A DNA stretch of 64,000 bases from Hemiscyllium ocellatum (Eukaryota): the NCBI RefSeq assembly GCF_020745735.1, contig NC_083418.1:5677374-5741373 (forward strand). The letters are read 5' to 3'. Made by a program: the position numbers and the translations under genes. Position 1 is the first letter of the stretch. Each line of letters starts with the position of its first letter. Of the stretch, positions 61,500-64,000 are shown piece after piece. The notes below the pieces were generated by a model. That model made no database searches, had not been told where the DNA came from, and worked only from the letters and a program-made list of their open reading frames with translations.

Positions 61500-64000
61500 G
61501 TTTATCTCTCTACAGCCCTTCCTCCCCACATTCTCTACGGCCATCCAACTCTTTCTCTCCCTGTCCCACTCATTCTCTTTCTATACCCTCACCCATTCTG
61601 TATCGGTATTTATTTTCTGCCCCCACTCTCACTCTTCCTATCCTCCTCACTCTCTCCGTCTCTCTTTCATGCTCCACCTTCTCTGTCTTCGTCTACGCAC
61701 TGCCACGCACTCTGTCTACAGCCTTCCATTTCCGTCTCCCTCTACCTCTCTCCCATTCCCTCTCCACACCCTCAGCCGCAGTATCTCTCCACTCCCGTCC
61801 CACTCTCTCTGTATACAACTCCCCGATTCCAATCCCATGCTCTCTCACACTCTATAGTCTCCACTCTTACTCTCTACACACTCCGCACAGTCCCTTCTCT
61901 GTATTCCCTCACACTCTATTTCTCCCTCCATTCACCTATTTCTGTGCCTCTACACCAAACTCTCTCCCATTCTCTCCCTCTCTATTCGTCCCGGTCACAC
62001 TCTCTGTGTCTCTCTCTCAATCTCATCCCCAATCCACCCTCTCTCTATCTTCCACCGCCTTCTGTCTGTCTACATCCACATTCTCTCTCTCTGTGTCTAG
62101 CCCCTTCCCTCTCTCGCGCTCTATCCAACTCACACTCCGTCTCTGTCCTCTTCCAACTCTCTCTCCCTTATACACCACCCAAACTCTCGCTCCCTCTATC
62201 CCTCTCTACCTATCCCTCGAACTTTTGTGCACTCCCTCTCTCTGTCTCTACCAACCCCTCTCTGTCGACACCACTCCCACTCTATCGCTCTACTCCCTCG
62301 TAGCTCTCGCTGTCTGTTGCTCTATTCCGCACTCGAATGCTCTCTCACTATTGCCTTCTCATTCTTTCTCTACCCTCTCCCCAACTCTCTCTGTAGTCCC
62401 TCAGAATCACTCTCTCTACCACATCCCTCTTTCTCTCTGTCTCTATTCCCTCTGTCCCACTCGCTCTGTCTCCCCCCGCACTGTCTCTCTGTCTGTGTCT
62501 CTTTATCATCTGCCACTCTCTCTATCCCTTCCTCTCTCTACCCCACTCTCACTCTCCATCTCTCTTTACCCACTTCCTTTCTCTCTGTCTAACGCCTTCC
62601 AATCTCTCTCTACCCCCTCCGCCACAATCTGTCTTTCTCTCTAACGGCTTCCCTGTCTCCGCACTACCACACACACTTGAAGCTCTCTCTCTACCCACAC
62701 CCTCTGTCTGTCCCTCTGCGTCCTCCAACACTCTCTTTACCCTCACTGTCTGTATTTCTCTAACTCCTCCCACACTCTCTTTACCATCCTCCCACTCTCG
62801 CTCCATTTCTTCCTCTATGGTCCTCCAATTGTCTCTCTCAACCCCTTTCCACACTCTCCCTGCCACTTCCTCTCTTTTACTCTCTGTGTATCTATACAAC
62901 CATTCGACACTCTCTCTTTACTACATTCTCTATCTGCAACAATCCCGCGATCTCCCTCTCAATCTCGTTGTCTGCTTCACCCCACGCACTCTCTCTCCAC
63001 CATACCACCGTCTCTCTCTATCTGTCCAACTCTACATCTACTCTTACTCCCCCTCACTCTCGCTGTCTCTTGGTAATCCCTCCCACTATCTCCCCATAAA
63101 CCCCTCCCTTTATCTCAATGTTTGCACTCTCTCACTCTCTCTCTCGTTACCCCACACTTTGTCTGTTTCCTTACCGTCTCCCAATGTCTGTCTATCGCTA
63201 TCTTTACACACCACACTCACGCTCTCGCTCAACGCCTCTCCTATTGTCTCTCAACTCCCTCCCACACACTCTCTCTCTTTCTTTATCCTGCTCTCACTCT
63301 GTCCCTATTCCACACCCCACTCCACTCCCACAGAGTCTGTCACTCTACAACCCCTCTCTCTCTGTCTCTAATCCCTCCCCACATCGCGCTCTCTACTCAC
63401 TCGTAGTCACTCTCTCTTTACCCACTCCCACACTCTTCTTCCCTTTGCCTTTTCCCATTCTCTCTCTACATCCCCGCGTTCTCTCTGTCCAACACCCTCT
63501 CATTCTCTCTCTCTGTCTAGCCCTCCCACTCTCTCTAGATATCCTACCGATTGTCTCACTTTGTCTCCCCCACTCTCTCAACTCCCACTGTCTCTACCAG
63601 CCGCCACTCTCTCTCGAACTCTCTCCGTCAAGCCACTACCTCTCTATATATCCTTCTCCCTCTCTCTCTACCTCTTCCCACTCTATTCTTGCCACCCTGT
63701 ATTCCTCTCTCTCTCTTTCTACCCCCTGTCAATCTCGATCTACATACGGCAATACCATTCTCTCTCCATATTTCTCTCTCTCACTATCTCAATATCCCCA
63801 CACTCTCTCTCTCCACCCATCTCGCACTCGCTCTCTCCACCTTCTCCCTCTCTGTCTCTAACTTCTCCCACAATGTCTCTCACTCTACACACCCACTATC
63901 TCTACCCTCCTCACCTTGCTCTCTCTCTACCCTTCTCGATCTCACTCTCTCTTTCTGCCACCTCCCTCTTTCTCCCTGCAATTATTTCTCTCTTCGACCC
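61500..64000. repeat. CT-rich low-complexity tract (degenerate ctctct/ctaccc satellite) running off the window
   Basis: Strongly pyrimidine-skewed plus strand; its ORFs are S/L/P/H low-complexity artefacts. Confidence 0.92.

Noticed and set aside
61491-63861. Long ORFs of 184-270 aa
   Set aside because: CT-rich sequence lacks stop codons; the products are S/L/P/H low complexity in several frames at once.

Overview
Eukaryotic, repeat-dominated DNA with no intact host gene, most likely from an elasmobranch (shark or ray), judging by HE1-type V-SINEs, CR1/HER1 LINEs and Penelope-like elements (PLEs). Positions 1-17.8 kb are a decayed, segmentally duplicated and partly inverted cluster of about 23 tRNA pseudogenes (Val, Leu, Lys, Asn, Ser). 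Positions 18.6-22.9 kb hold a near full-length CR1 with intact ORF1 (Zn finger, coiled coil, SGNH esterase) and a disabled ORF2. The rest is nested CR1 fragments, SINEs, PLEs with many hammerhead-ribozyme motifs, a Gmr1-type Gypsy gag relic, microsatellites and a 2.5-kb CT-rich tract. Two signals are largely missed by the ORF track. (1) An integrase followed by an envelope-like glycoprotein relic (36.8-42.2 kb, split by a PLE) resembles an env-bearing, lokiretrovirus/NYNRIN-like endogenous element. (2) Scattered broken plus-strand exons with PKD-repeat and then REJ-like motifs (about 42.6-58.1 kb) suggest a fossil polycystin-1-family gene. All family assignments come from manual reading and remembered consensus sequences; no searches were run, and boundaries of decayed elements are approximate.
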